Origin: an uncultured Candidatus Rokubacteria bacterium
Lineage (GTDB): Bacteria > Methylomirabilota > Methylomirabilia > Rokubacteriales > CSP1-6
Length of the DNA stretch: 64,000 nt
NCBI GenBank assembly: GCA_963754315.1
Contig: CAVWFS010000007.1
Span: 736,001-800,000 of the forward strand
Direction: 5' to 3'
The translations under genes and the position numbers were made by a program. Numbering within the stretch: the first letter of the stretch is position 1; each line of letters starts with the position of its first letter. Below the pieces are notes generated by a model. It saw only the letters and a list, made by a program, of their open reading frames with translations. It made no database searches and was not told the origin of the DNA. Shown piece after piece: positions 9,909-20,954 of this stretch.

Positions 9909-10937
9909 ATGTTCGCGAGGCTCGGCGGGATGTTCTCCAGTGATCTGGCTGTCGACCTAGGAACGGCCAACACCCTGGTCTTTGTTCACGGAGAGGGCAT
10001 CGTCCTCAACGAGCCCTCGATCGTCTCCATTCATCAGGCCGATGGCTCCGTGCTGGCGGTGGGGCGCGAGGCCAAGGCCATGGTCGGGCGGACCCCGGGG
10101 AACATCGTGGCCATCCGGCCCTTGAAGGACGGGGTCATCGCCGACTTCGACATCGCCCAAAAGATGCTGCAGCACTTCATTGCACGGGCCCACAACCGTC
10201 GCTGGTTCGTCAGACCGCGGGTGGTCGTCAGCGTATCCTCGGGCATCACGCCTGTGGAAAAGCGGGCCGTGCGTGACGCGGCGGCGCAGGCGGGCGCCCG
10301 AGAGGTCTATCTCATGGAGGAGCCCATGGCCGCCGCCATTGGTGCCGGCCTCCCTATCGAGGAACCGGGCGGCAACATGATCGTGGACATCGGCGGGGGC
10401 ACCACCGAGGTGGCCGTGATCTCCCTCTCGGGCATCGTGCATTCGAAATCGGTCCGGGTGGCAGGCGACGAGATGAACGAGGTACTCGCCCAGCACATTC
10501 GCAAGCACTACAACCTGCTCATCGGCGAGCGCCGCGCCGAGGAGATCAAGATCGAGCTCGGCTGCGCCTTCCCGACCGGAGAACCGCCGCGTCGCATGAT
10601 GGTCAAGGGGCGGGATCTCATCGCGGGGCTTCCCAAGACGGTGGAAATTACCGACGAGGAGATCCGGGAAGCCCTACGCGAACCGATCATGACCATCACC
10701 GAGACCGTGCGCATGGTCCTCGAGCGCACGCCGCCCGAGATCGCCGCCGACATGGTCGATACCGGGATTGTTCTTACGGGTGGCGGCGCCCTTCTGCGCG
10801 GCATCGATCGCCTGCTCCGCCAGGAAACGAGCCTGCCTGTCACCGTGGCCGAGAATCCCCTCTCGTGTGTCGCCCTCGGAGTCGGCAAGGCCCTCGACGA
10901 GCTCAACCTCCTGCGCAAGGTGGCTCTGCCTGATTGA
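9909..10937 (+). CDS. mreB: Rod shape-determining protein MreB (stand-alone copy)
   Basis: [48 protein letters not shown] and LTGGGALL. Confidence 0.95.
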   Translation: MFARLGGMFSSDLAVDLGTANTLVFVHGEGIVLNEPSIVSIHQADGSVLAVGREAKAMVGRTPGNIVAIRPLKDGVIADFDIAQKMLQHFIARAHNRRWFVRPRVVVSVSSGITPVEKRAVRDAAAQAGAREVYLMEEPMAAAIGAGLPIEEPGGNMIVDIGGGTTEVAVISLSGIVHSKSVRVAGDEMNEVLAQHIRKHYNLLIGERRAEEIKIELGCAFPTGEPPRRMMVKGRDLIAGLPKTVEITDEEIREALREPIMTITETVRMVLERTPPEIAADMVDTGIVLTGGGALLRGIDRLLRQETSLPVTVAENPLSCVALGVGKALDELNLLRKVALPD

Positions 10938-10974
10938 CCGGTCCCTCCATCATGGGGGCCCCGATTGACCTATT

Positions 10975-11120
10975 GGGGGGGCCCCGACATGGCCCCCCAA
11001 ACCCCCCAACGCTCGGGGCGGCCCGGGACACCCGGGCCGCCCCTCGGTCTGCCGCGGAGCCGGGGCCCCGACATGGTCCCGGATACCTCTGCTCTCCGGG
11101 GCGCCGGAGCCGGCGCCCTT
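10975..11120 (+). repeat. REP-like element, one full and one degenerate copy
   Basis: GGGGGGGCCCCGACATGGCCCCCCAAACCCCCCAACGCTCGGGGCGGCCCGGGACACCCGGGCCGCCCCTCG at 10975-11046; GGGGCCCCGACATGGTCCC at 11062-11080. Confidence 0.85.
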
Positions 11121-11121
11121 C

Positions 11122-11629
11122 TCAATTATTCAGGGACTTCTCCAGGAGGCGGATACGACGCGAGAGAGTTTCGAGCACCCGGTGGGACAGCTCGGGCACC
11201 TCCCGTAGCAGGGACTGGAAGTTTCGCCGCTGGATCACGAGAAGGCGGACGTCGGTCTCGGCGCGCACGGTGGCGGAGCGCGGCTCGCCATCCAGCAGGC
11301 TCATCTCCCCGAAGAAGTCCCCGGGGCGGAGCCGGCCGCGCTTGCGCGGTGAGATCTCCACGGTGACGGAGCCGTCCACGAGCACGAAGAACTCGTCGCC
11401 GGGATCACCCGTCCGCGTCACGATGGAGCCGGCCGGCAAGCTCCACCACCTTCGAGATGGCGGCTACCTCGCGCAACTGGCGCCGTGTACAGTCCTCGAA
11501 TATCGGCACCTCCTCGAGCCGGCGGATCTTCTCGTCCCGCTTGATGCGGTACTCCGGCGACAGCGTGCGGAGGGCGTCCTTCAGATCGGTGGAGATGGAT
11601 CCGTCCAGGATGCGGCTGACGAATTCCAT
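11122..11629 (-). CDS. Stand-alone cyclic-nucleotide-binding domain protein, frameshifted near 11440
   Basis: LEEVPIFEDC..RQLREVA in one frame continues as GDPGDEFFVLVDG..GDFFGEMSLLDGEPRSATVRA in another. Confidence 0.85.
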
Positions 11630-11639
11630 GCTGAATCTC

Positions 11640-11807
11640 CTATGTCTTTCCTTGGGGGTATCCGAGCTTCATCGTCCCACGAAGGATCTCGCCCTTGAGT
11701 TCATCCCAGCGGCGAAACCACATGATATCGTCGGCCGCCGCCGCCCAGAAGCCCTCCGGGTCTCGCTGAGAGCAAGCATAGACCTCATCGTACGTGCTGA
11801 TCGGCAT
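11640..11807 (-). pseudogene. Internally deleted propionyl-/acetyl-CoA synthetase remnant
   Basis: N-terminal ACS motif YDEVY..S..DPEGFWAAAA..I.W joined directly to GEILRGTMK, which resembles the C-terminal GKILR.TM motif. Confidence 0.65.
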
Positions 11808-11986
11808 CGCCCCTCCCCTCGCGCCGTCTGATCCCACGCGGGCACCGCGCGGTGGGCCCAGTCTGGATCAGGTGGCCGCCCAGGGCAACTTTCAGGGCGG
11901 GCGCCTGGGGCGGCCCGCAATCGCCGGACAATTCTCGTCGACTCCGGGGTACTCTCAGGGAAACGCGGATCCCATATCTGGAGAGT

Positions 11987-12391
11987 ATGCATAAACAACG
12001 GAGCAGGTGCCTCGCGCTCATCGTGATGACGACCCTGGGACTGTTGGGTGGAGGAGCCTGGGCCCAGTCGCCATCGCCATCGGAGCTTCGCCAGCAGTTT
12101 CAGGAGACCGACCGGAATGGCGACGGCCGGATCGACCGAGAGGAGTTTCATCGCCGGTCCGTCGACCTGTTCTACCTCCTCGACAAGGACCGGAAGGGCT
12201 ACCTGATGATCGGTGACCTCAAGGGTCTGCCTGGGCAAGATTTCAAGGCGGCTGATCGGGAGGGAGACGGCAAGCTCACCCTGGAGGAGTTCATCAACGG
12301 CCGCTTCGGAAACTTCGACGCGGCTGACACCAATGGCGATGGTGTGTTGACCCTCGCCGAGATCGAAGTCTACGTGAACCGCCGGCGGTAG
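11987..12391 (+). CDS. Secreted EF-hand calcium-binding protein
   Basis: Signal peptide ending AWA; loops DRNGDGRIDREE, DKDRKGYL, DREGDGKLTLEE and DTNGDGVLTLAE. Confidence 0.88.
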   Translation: MHKQRSRCLALIVMTTLGLLGGGAWAQSPSPSELRQQFQETDRNGDGRIDREEFHRRSVDLFYLLDKDRKGYLMIGDLKGLPGQDFKAADREGDGKLTLEEFINGRFGNFDAADTNGDGVLTLAEIEVYVNRRR

Positions 12392-12396
12392 CCCCG

Positions 12397-13401
12397 GTGG
12401 CGAGGCGCATAGTCGGGGTCATCGTCCTGGCCGTGGTCGGCCTGGCCATTGCCGTGCTCACGGGCTGGGGTGCACTCGTTCTCTTCTATCTCGCCCCGGG
12501 TTCGAGCGGGGTTCGGAGGGCTCTCGCCTGGAGCTTGGTCGCCATCGGTCTGGCGGCCCTGGGCGCGCTGGCCGTCGGACGAGCGCGGTGGCCAGCCGTC
12601 CTCGGGTTTGGCCTGTTCCTGGTCCCGGTCCTGATCGTCTGGGGCAGCGCGGCGCCGTCGAACAAGCGCGACTGGCAGCCGGAGGTGGCTGTGCTGCCCT
12701 ACGCCACCATCGACGGTGATCAGGTCACCGTCCACAACATCCGGAACTTCGACTATCGCACGGAGACCGATTTCACCCCCGCCTACTACACCCGCACCTT
12801 CGACCTCCGGCGCCTGGATCGGGTCGATCTGGTCGCCGTGTACTGGATGGGCCCGGCCATCGCCCACCTGTTCGTCACGTTCGGCTTCGGCGACGAGCAT
12901 CTCGCCATTTCCGTCGAGGCCCGCAAGGACCGCACGAAGCCGTACGCCACCCTTCCCGGCTTCTTCCGGCAGTACGAGCTGGTGTACATCGTGGCGGACG
13001 AGCGCGACGTGATCCGTGTCCGGACGAACTACCGGAAGTCGCCGCCCGAAGACGTCTACCTGTTCCGCGTCGTGGGTCCGGCCGAGAACAGCCGCCGCGT
13101 CTTCCTCGACTACATGCGCGACATGAACGAGCTGCGGGAGCATCCGCGGTTCTACAACACCGTGGCCACCAACTGCACCACCATGATCCTCGCCCACGCG
13201 GCCGTGAACCACGACCGCATCCCGTATTCCTGGAAGATTCTCTTCAGTGGATACGCGCCGGAGTACGCCTACGAGCGGGGACGCCTCGAGCGGAGCCTAC
13301 CGTTCGAGGAGCTCAAGCGGCGTGGGCACATCAACAGGGTGGCGCAGGAGGCAGACAAGGCGCCCGACTTCTCGCAACGCATCCGAATCGGCGTGCCCTG
13401 A
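12397..13401 (+). CDS. DUF4105 (Lnb-like) membrane protein
   Basis: Three N-terminal TM segments; VHNIRNFDY, AHLFVTFGF, ISVEARK and FYNTVATNCTT. Confidence 0.85.
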   Translation: MARRIVGVIVLAVVGLAIAVLTGWGALVLFYLAPGSSGVRRALAWSLVAIGLAALGALAVGRARWPAVLGFGLFLVPVLIVWGSAAPSNKRDWQPEVAVLPYATIDGDQVTVHNIRNFDYRTETDFTPAYYTRTFDLRRLDRVDLVAVYWMGPAIAHLFVTFGFGDEHLAISVEARKDRTKPYATLPGFFRQYELVYIVADERDVIRVRTNYRKSPPEDVYLFRVVGPAENSRRVFLDYMRDMNELREHPRFYNTVATNCTTMILAHAAVNHDRIPYSWKILFSGYAPEYAYERGRLERSLPFEELKRRGHINRVAQEADKAPDFSQRIRIGVP

Positions 13402-13404
13402 CGC

Positions 13405-14230
13405 TCATCGGGTCGGCGGCGTTTGAGGGCGATCCTTTCCGCTGGGTATGGACGGGGGCCGCACGAGTTGGGCCAGCTCGCTTCGCTGAGCTTGCACGGC
13501 GCCATCGCCGGGCATGAGCGTGGCCAAGGTTTCGGCATGACGGAGCGCCGTCTGCAGATCTCCACGGTCTCGGGCGATGCTGATCAGAGCGGCCAGGACT
13601 TCGCGGTCAGCGGGTCGGCGCCGATGCGCTTGCTCCAGGACCGCCATGGCTCCCTTGGGATCTCCACTGGAGTTGAGGGCGACCGCGTAGACATAGGCGA
13701 ACCGGGTGGTGTCCGGCCGAAGCGCAGCTGATCGCTGCAAGAGCCGTATCGCTTCAGCTGGCGCGCCTGCCTGACCCGAGCAGGTGGCACTGCGAGCAGA
13801 CCCCGTTGCCCGCGACGGAGCGCCAGCGTGCGTGGATCGTGGTAATCGGAGCAGGTCACCCCCGCTTGATGCATCCGGCTCTGGAGCACCGATCCGCACT
13901 CGTACACCTCTCCGAGAATTTGCCATCGGCGTGGTAGAGACCGGCCGTCACGAGAGCCGGCATATCACGTATCGGAGGAAGGGGCGACTATGCCGTCGCG
14001 CTGGAAATACGTGGATGTCTCCCGCCATGACGTGAATGTCGCCGTCATGAAGTGAATGTCGACGGTCGTGTCGTGTTCGCCGGTGCATGTCGCACGGTCG
14101 TGTAGAACCGCGCCGGCGTAGCTCGATGCCGTCGTCGAAGCCGGCCAGAGGCCGGTACGTGACGAAAGCGGCCCCGTCGACGGCGAGCGCGTCGCCGAAT
14201 CTACCCGTTCAGGCTCCGACTCCTCGCGCA
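13405..14230 (-). pseudogene. Collapsed remnant of a multiheme cytochrome c-TPR protein
   Basis: Three discontinuous family-typical segments: HDRA..TTV..F..ATFT..TSTYFQRDG; ADGQILGEVYECGS..QSRMHQAGVTCSDYH (heme Cys lost); and a C-terminal TPR RFAYVYAVALNSSG. Confidence 0.65.
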
Positions 14231-14449
14231 CGAGGGCGCGCGGTAATCAGATCCTCGCGGCCCTCCGACTTCTGCGCGCTTCCAGAGCGAGTCGCGCAGA
14301 CCATCCGAAAGCCCTCCCCAGTGGCACGTACCACCGTGAAGGTCTTCGCGGCGGGTCGCGAGTTTTCCTGCTGGGCGCACGTGGCGGTCAGCATTGGCGC
14401 ACTGACGAGTACTCCCAGCCAGGAGGCCGGCGACGATGGCGACTTTCCG

Positions 14450-15642
14450 TCACATGAGGATCTTGATCATGCTCAGAAGCTGGTCCTTGATCGGCACCTG
14501 GATGGCGATCACCGGCAGCATGGGGATGATGGCCGCTGCCGCCACGGTGACAATGGACTGCTTGCCGATGGGCGCCGCTCGCAAGCGGCCCACCGCCTCG
14601 TAGAGGGTGAGGGTGTCGGCCACAGGCCCAAGCTCCGGCGCGTCGAGGAGGCCCCGATCGTCCACCGTCTCCCCCCGGATCCAGCGGTGCTCGACGAGAC
14701 GACCATGCCGTCCAACCAGCGCCCCGTAGGCAAGCAGACTCTGACGCCGTCAGGGCCACCAGCCTGGGCACGAAGACCAGCAAGGGCGCCAAGAAGAGAA
14801 CGAGGACCAGTACCACGAACAACCCCATTGGCACCCACAGCGACTCTACCCGGAACTGAATGATAGAGGACGTCGTGCCCCCAGCGCGCGGCCAGGACCG
14901 AGGACGCGGCGAGGATGACAGTGGCGAACGCAGTCGGAAGCGTCTGCAGGAAGCCGAGGCCAGCGCACCCGTCGGAGTGGGTAGGAACCAACTGCAAATC
15001 CAGCCGCGAGATGCGCCACGAGCAGGATGACGGTCACCAGAAGCCGCCAGAGCCAGCTGAAGACGAGCACCGCATAAAGCGGGCGGGAGATCCAGAGGTA
15101 CCAGCACGCGGCGAACCCGAGATGCTCGTGGGCACCGGCGCCAAGCACGGCCGAATCCACCTCGTGGAGATGGACCACATCTTGACTGGCCAGGGCTGCG
15201 TTGCCGAAGGCCAGGGCCAGGATCGCGGCCAGCGCGAGTCGCGAGCGAATCGAATGCCCGGCAGCCCTCGATGATCCCCATGAAGGCAGGACGATCCGCG
15301 GGAAGCACCAGACCTGAGCTCAGGAAGTACGAGACGATCCGCCGGGCAACGTTCTGGGCCAGGGGCTCGGCGAGGAGAAGCAGGGGGACGGCGATAAGAA
15401 ACCGCGCGTGCACGCCGAAGTGCTGGAGGAGCGGCTCGACACCAGCCGCCCTGAAGGCCCGATGGTGCAGCAGGGCCCACACCAGGCGGCACCCAGGCGA
15501 CCAGCACGACCACGACCACCCGTCGGACAATCCCGTGCCCGTGGCTGGGGATGAGATGGGCCGCGCGCTGGGCCTGATAGAGAGGATCCTGGTCGAGCAG
15601 GGAAAAATCGACCTGCGGGGCGAGGGATGGTGGCGCGTCCAC
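14450..15642 (-). CDS. Conserved hypothetical polytopic membrane protein, split by several frameshifts
   Basis: Consecutive hydrophobic segments across frames: DFSLL..PLY, HARFLIAVPLLLLAE, W..ISRP.Y..L...WLWRL, LVPTHSDG.AGLGFL and APELGPVAD. Confidence 0.6.
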
Positions 15643-15768
15643 CGAAGGATGTACCTACCCGCCATGGTCGGTGCTCCTGGGTGCCCGTTTTAGGGAAGCG
15701 GCGATCGTCAGCCGCCACGAGTGTAGCGCACCTCCGTGATGGCCTTGGATGATCGCCGTATACTGGAC

Positions 15769-18700
15769 ATGGCGATGCGCCGCGGCCGGCTCGTGCTTGT
15801 CGTCCTGGGTGGCCTCCTGGGCACCATCGGGGTGGTGCTCTTCATGGTGTATCTCGGCCTGCCGACGATCGTGAAGTGGGTCACGATCCACCAGGGGCGC
15901 GCGCTGCTTGGCCGCGATGTCAGCATCGACCGGGTGGAGCTCCACGCATGGGGCGGCTGGTACCGTCTCTACGGCTTGCGCATCGCCGGGCAACCCGGCG
16001 AGCCGCCGCTGCTGGAGATCGCCGAAACGAACCTCCGCATCCTGTACAGCTTTCTCTTCAAGGGGCAGATCCGAGCCAGCCAGCTGGCGCTGATCTCACC
16101 GACCCTCCGCATGGCACGGACGGGGCCGGGCCGGCTCAGCATCTCGGACATCATCGAGCGCTTTGGCGCCGAGGACAAGAAGACACCAGCCAGCGACCAG
16201 GAGCCTATCGAGATCCTGGCCGACCTCATCGTCGTCTCCAACGGCACCATCCTCTTCGAGGACCGCGCGGTGACTCCCCTGCGCGCCTTCGACATCACCG
16301 ATCTCACCATCAACCTGCGCGACATCTCTACCAAGCGTGATACCGGTCGCGGTACGGGAACAGTGGCGTTGGCCCTCAACGGGACACCGATGGCAATCAC
16401 CGCCGAGGCTATTCGGGTGCGCCCCGCCCACGTCAAGGCCCAGACTCAATATCGTGGACCTCGATCTCGACATCATCTGGCCGTACTTGCCCCCTGACTT
16501 GCCCGTGCGCCCGGACTGGGGGCGGTTCTCGGCGCACGTGGCCCTGCTCTACGACGCGGCCGACGGCTTCCGTACCGACGCCGACCTCAAGGTGGCCGAC
16601 CTGACGTTCAGTCAGGCAGGGAACGAGGATCCGCTGGCTTCGCTCCCTGACTTTGTCGTCAACGTGCGCGAGCTTGTCGTCAAGGGCGACACGGTCACCG
16701 CGGCTCGCCTCGCCCTTGCCACCGACGTTTCGATCGTCGATCCGACTCTCTCGCCGCCCAAGCCGTACGAGATCCGAGATGTGCGCCTGGCCCTGGAGAA
16801 CGTCACCTACCCGCAGGGGCCACCAGCGAACGTCACGCTGACCATGAACCTGCCGGCCGGGGCCACCCTCGACATTCGCGGCACCGCGGCTGCCGAGCCC
16901 CTCGCCGCCAACCTCACCGTCACCCTCGGCGGCGTCGATCTTTCCCTGATCAATCCGTACATCTCGCCGGTGTCCCCGATCACCATTGCACGCGGTCAGC
17001 TCGGTGCCACCCTGAACGTCGCGGTGACAGAGGGCCCGAGCGTGCGGGTCAACGGCGAGGCTACGTCCACGTACGACCTGCTACGCCGCGGCCAAGCCGA
17101 GCCCTTCGTGAGCCATCCCAGGGTGCGCACCACCATCACAGACCTCACATGGCAGGGGGGACAGTTCGCCCTGGGACGGCTGACCATGGATGGTCCTGCC
17201 ACCATTGTGGACACGAGCGTCTCGCCAGCCCAGCGCGCGGAGTTCACAACACTCACCTTGCTCGCCGAGGATGCCACCTGGCCCGTCCAGCGACCCGTGC
17301 GAGTGAAATCGTCGATGGTCGTAGCGGGCAGCGGCCGCGCGGACGTGGAGGGAACGTTCAATCCGGCCACCATCGCGGCTGACATCCGGGCGAAGTTCGC
17401 GGACGTCGACGTGACCCGGGTCGGCCCTTACATCCCGGAGACTGTTCCGGTGGCGATCACCGGTGGCCGTCTGGCCGGCACCCTGAATCTCAAGAACGAC
17501 CAGGCAACCGGCGTCACCATCAACACCGAGACTGCCGTCGCGGATTTCGGGGTCGCCCACCGGAGTGAGCCGAAGGTCAGCGTGACTGATCGGCGGCTCG
17601 GGCTGACGGTGACCGACCTTCGCATCAAGGGAAGCACGTTGTCACTTCGTCGAGCCGCGCTCACCGGGGCGCCCAATCTTGCCCAGGAGGGGACGACGCC
17701 CCTGCGACAGGCAGCGTTCCGGAGCCTTCGCGCATCCACGCGTGACATGGCCTGGCCGGCGAAGCGCCCGGTGCCCTTCGAACTCGAAGCTGAGCTTCCG
17801 GTCTCTGGCACGCTCGCCGTGGACGGCTCGGCCGACCTCGATGCGCGTGCCGTCAACGCCAAGCTGGATCTGAAGAACGCTGCGCTCGCACCCTATCAGG
17901 CTCTGCTCCCCTTCGAGGCGCCCATCGGAGGCGAGGCCGGGGCGGCGCTCACGATCACCGCACGCACGGAGGAGCCGCTGCCAAGCGACCGTGAAAGGCC
18001 AAGCCGAGGTGCGGCGCTTCAGCCTCGGCCCACCCGACCGGCCCGTCGTCAGCATCGAGCACCTGGAGACGAGCGGCGTTGACGTGCAATGGCCGCGCGA
18101 GATCCGGATCGATGTGGTAAAGGGCGTCAAGCCGGTGGCGCTGGTCGAACGCGAGAAGGACATGAGCTTTCCACTGCGGGCGATGCTCGGCCCGCGCAAT
18201 CAAGTAGGTGCCGATCCCGCCGCTGTCACTTCTGGCCCGCCGCCCGCCCAGGGTGCTGGCGAGCCGGCTGATTCGGCGTTTCCGGTCACCGTGTCCATCG
18301 GCGAGATTGTCGTGGAAGACGGGACCTTCAGGTTCGTCGACCGCTCGACGACGCCGGTCTACTCGGAGGAGATGACCAAGGTCGCCCTGAACATCGCCGG
18401 CCTGACCAGCGTGCCCGATCAACGGGCTCGCATCGCGGTACAGGCCGTGGTGGGCGCCACCGGCGCCCTCGACCTCAAAGGCGAGCTGGCGCCGATGGCC
18501 ACGCCCTTCTACCTCGACCTCCAGGGTGAGCTGCGTCAGTTCGCTCTGCCGCGTACGAATCCCCACTTCCGGCAGGTCTTCGACTACTTTGTAAAGCGGG
18601 GCTACTTCAGCAACACGATTCACTACCGCATCGTCGGCAGCGAGCTGACCGCGGAAAACCGCATCAAGATCCAGCAGCTCGGCGTCGAAAAGGACAAATC

Positions 18701-19427
18701 GCCCGTGGAGTCGGACAGGAAGATCGGTCTCCCGCTCGGTCTCATCGTGGCCATGGTCACCGACAGCCGGGGAGACATCGAGTTCGACCTGCCTGTCAGC
18801 GGTGATCTCAGGGAGCCCGGATTCAGCCTGGGAAGCGCGTTCTGGGCCGCTCTCAAGAACGTGCTGGTCAATGTGGTCACCGTACCCTTCCGGGCCGTCG
18901 GCAAGCTCTTCAGCCAGGGTGACGAGGTCGAGGAATTCAAGATGGACCCCGTCACCTTCACGCCGGGGAGCGCCACCGTCAGCGCCGAGAGCAGCCAGCA
19001 CCTGCACCGTGTCGCCGACTTTCTGCGATCGGCGCCCAATCTTCGCCTGGCTCTGCGGCCGGTGGTGAGCGCCGAAGACCTGGCCAGCCTGAAGACCGCC
19101 GAGGTGACGGCCAGCATCCAGCGCCTTCAGCGCGAGGAAAAGATCGATGCCTTCAGCGCGGCCGCCGCCAAGCTCTTTGCGCGAACTTTTCCTGGCCAGC
19201 CGGTGCCCGACGCGCCGGAGAAGATCGTCGAACGACTACGTGAGCAGGCGCAGGACCCGGCGGCCGCCGCCCGCGAGCTATCGACGCGGCGTGTGGAGGC
19301 GACCCGCCACGCACTCGTGCAAGACGCGGGAATCGACAGCGGCCGCCTGACCTCGACGGGTGAAACTCCGCTGGAGAGCTCTGGCGAGGGTCGCGTAGAA
19401 TTTGAGCTTGTCACCGGTGAGGGCTAA
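15769..19427 (+). CDS. DUF748/AsmA-like bridge-type envelope protein (~1220 aa), frameshifted near 16445 and 17985
   Basis: N-terminal TM anchor, repeated beta-groove segments, C-terminal GLPLGL.VAM.TDSRGDIEFDLPVSGDL.EP.FS and GRVEFEL. Confidence 0.85.
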
Positions 19428-19505
19428 TCGCCCCCGGCGACGAGAGGGTTACGGCATCGATACCCGGGTTCTTTCTCAGGCCCAACGACGAAGGGAGATC
19501 TCCCG

Positions 19506-19757
19506 ATGAGTCAGCGTGGAAAAGCAGTGACAGCGACGTTCATGGCCATCGCCCTCATGTTCCCGCTCGCCGGGTGTGCAGCGAAGACCAAGGTCAGGCG
19601 CACGGCCAAGCAGTCATGCGAGGCGCATGGTGGAAGCTATAACGCGCAGACTCAGATGTGCAGCTATCAAGCGGTCCAGCGCTCGGCCCGTCAGAACTGT
19701 GAGCAGCAAGGTGGAGTGTACTGGCCCGCGGAACAGTACTGCGAGTTCGAGGAATAG
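19506..19757 (+). CDS. Small lipoprotein with two Cys-containing repeats
   Basis: Lipobox LAGC; repeats AKQSCEAHGGSY..QMC and ARQNCEQQGGVY..QYC; GGGAG RBS. Confidence 0.8.
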   Translation: MSQRGKAVTATFMAIALMFPLAGCAAKTKVRRTAKQSCEAHGGSYNAQTQMCSYQAVQRSARQNCEQQGGVYWPAEQYCEFEE

Positions 19758-19781
19758 CCACAATCGAGTAAGATCGCAGCC

Positions 19782-20951
19782 ATGAATGCACTACCGCTCA
19801 GTCCTTACAGCGTCATCGATCTCACGCGCGCCCGCTCCGGGCCCACCTGTGTCCGCCAGCTGGCCGACATGGGGGCACGCGTCATCAAGGTCGAGGCCCG
19901 CACCGATATCGACGGCGATGCGCCACGCCATGGGTTTGATTTCCAGAACCTGCACCGCAACAAGCGTTCGATCACGTTGGACCTCAAGGCTCCTCGCGGG
20001 CGTGAAGCGCTCGAGCGTCTGGTGGCGCGGGCGGATGTGCTCGTGGAGAATTTCCGTCCAGACGTGAAGCATCGGCTCGGCATCGACTACGAACGTCTCA
20101 GCCAGATCAATCCGCGGCTGGTGTATGCCTCGATCTCCGGGTTCGGTCAAGACGGGCCGTACCGCGACCGCCCCGGCTACGACCAGATCGCCCAGGGCAT
20201 GGGTGGGCTCATGTCGGTGACCGGTCTGCCCGGTCAAGGACCGGTCCGGGTGGGCATCCCCGTGGCCGATCTCACCTCTGGTCTCTACTTGGCCCAAGGT
20301 GTCCTCGTTGCCCTCCTGGAGCGCGAGCGGTCAGGTCGGGGACAATGGGTTCATACCTCGCTGTTGCAGGCCATGGTCACCATGCTGGATTTCCAGGCCA
20401 CGCGCTGGCTCATTGGCGGCGAGATCCCGCCCCAGGCGGGTAATGACCACCCCACGGGGATCCCGACCGGTGTTTTCAAGACCCGAGACGGGCACATCAA
20501 CATCGCGGCTTCGGGCCAGACGATGTTCCGCCGTCTGTGCGGCGCCCTCGGTGTCGACGCTCTGGCCGACGACCCCCGCTTTCGTGCGCTCGCCGACCGC
20601 TCACGTAACCGCCGCGAGCTGAACGCTGAGCTGGAGAAGGCTCTGATCACCCGGACCAGCGCCGCGTGGATCGAGCAGCTGAACATGGCCGGAGTCCCGT
20701 CCGGTCCCATTCTTAACGTGAAGGAAGTCTTCGAGAATGACCAGGTCCGGCACCTCGGGCTGGCCAGGCCGGTGACTCACCCCAAGCTCGGCGAGATCCA
20801 GGTACAGGCGTCGGGGGTGAACCTCGAGCGGACGCCGGGCGGACCGCGCGCGGCTGCACCCGAGCTGGGCGAGCACACCGAGGAGATCCTCGGCGAGGTC
20901 GGCTACTCGGCGGCCGAGATCGAAGCGTTGCGTCGCGACGGGGTCGTTTGA
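19782..20951 (+). CDS. CaiB/BaiF family III CoA-transferase
   Basis: LADMGARVIKVE, RNKRSITLDLK, DVLVENFRP, ISGFGQDGPY and APELGEHT. Confidence 0.95.
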   Translation: MNALPLSPYSVIDLTRARSGPTCVRQLADMGARVIKVEARTDIDGDAPRHGFDFQNLHRNKRSITLDLKAPRGREALERLVARADVLVENFRPDVKHRLGIDYERLSQINPRLVYASISGFGQDGPYRDRPGYDQIAQGMGGLMSVTGLPGQGPVRVGIPVADLTSGLYLAQGVLVALLERERSGRGQWVHTSLLQAMVTMLDFQATRWLIGGEIPPQAGNDHPTGIPTGVFKTRDGHINIAASGQTMFRRLCGALGVDALADDPRFRALADRSRNRRELNAELEKALITRTSAAWIEQLNMAGVPSGPILNVKEVFENDQVRHLGLARPVTHPKLGEIQVQASGVNLERTPGGPRAAAPELGEHTEEILGEVGYSAAEIEALRRDGVV

Positions 20952-20954
20952 TTC

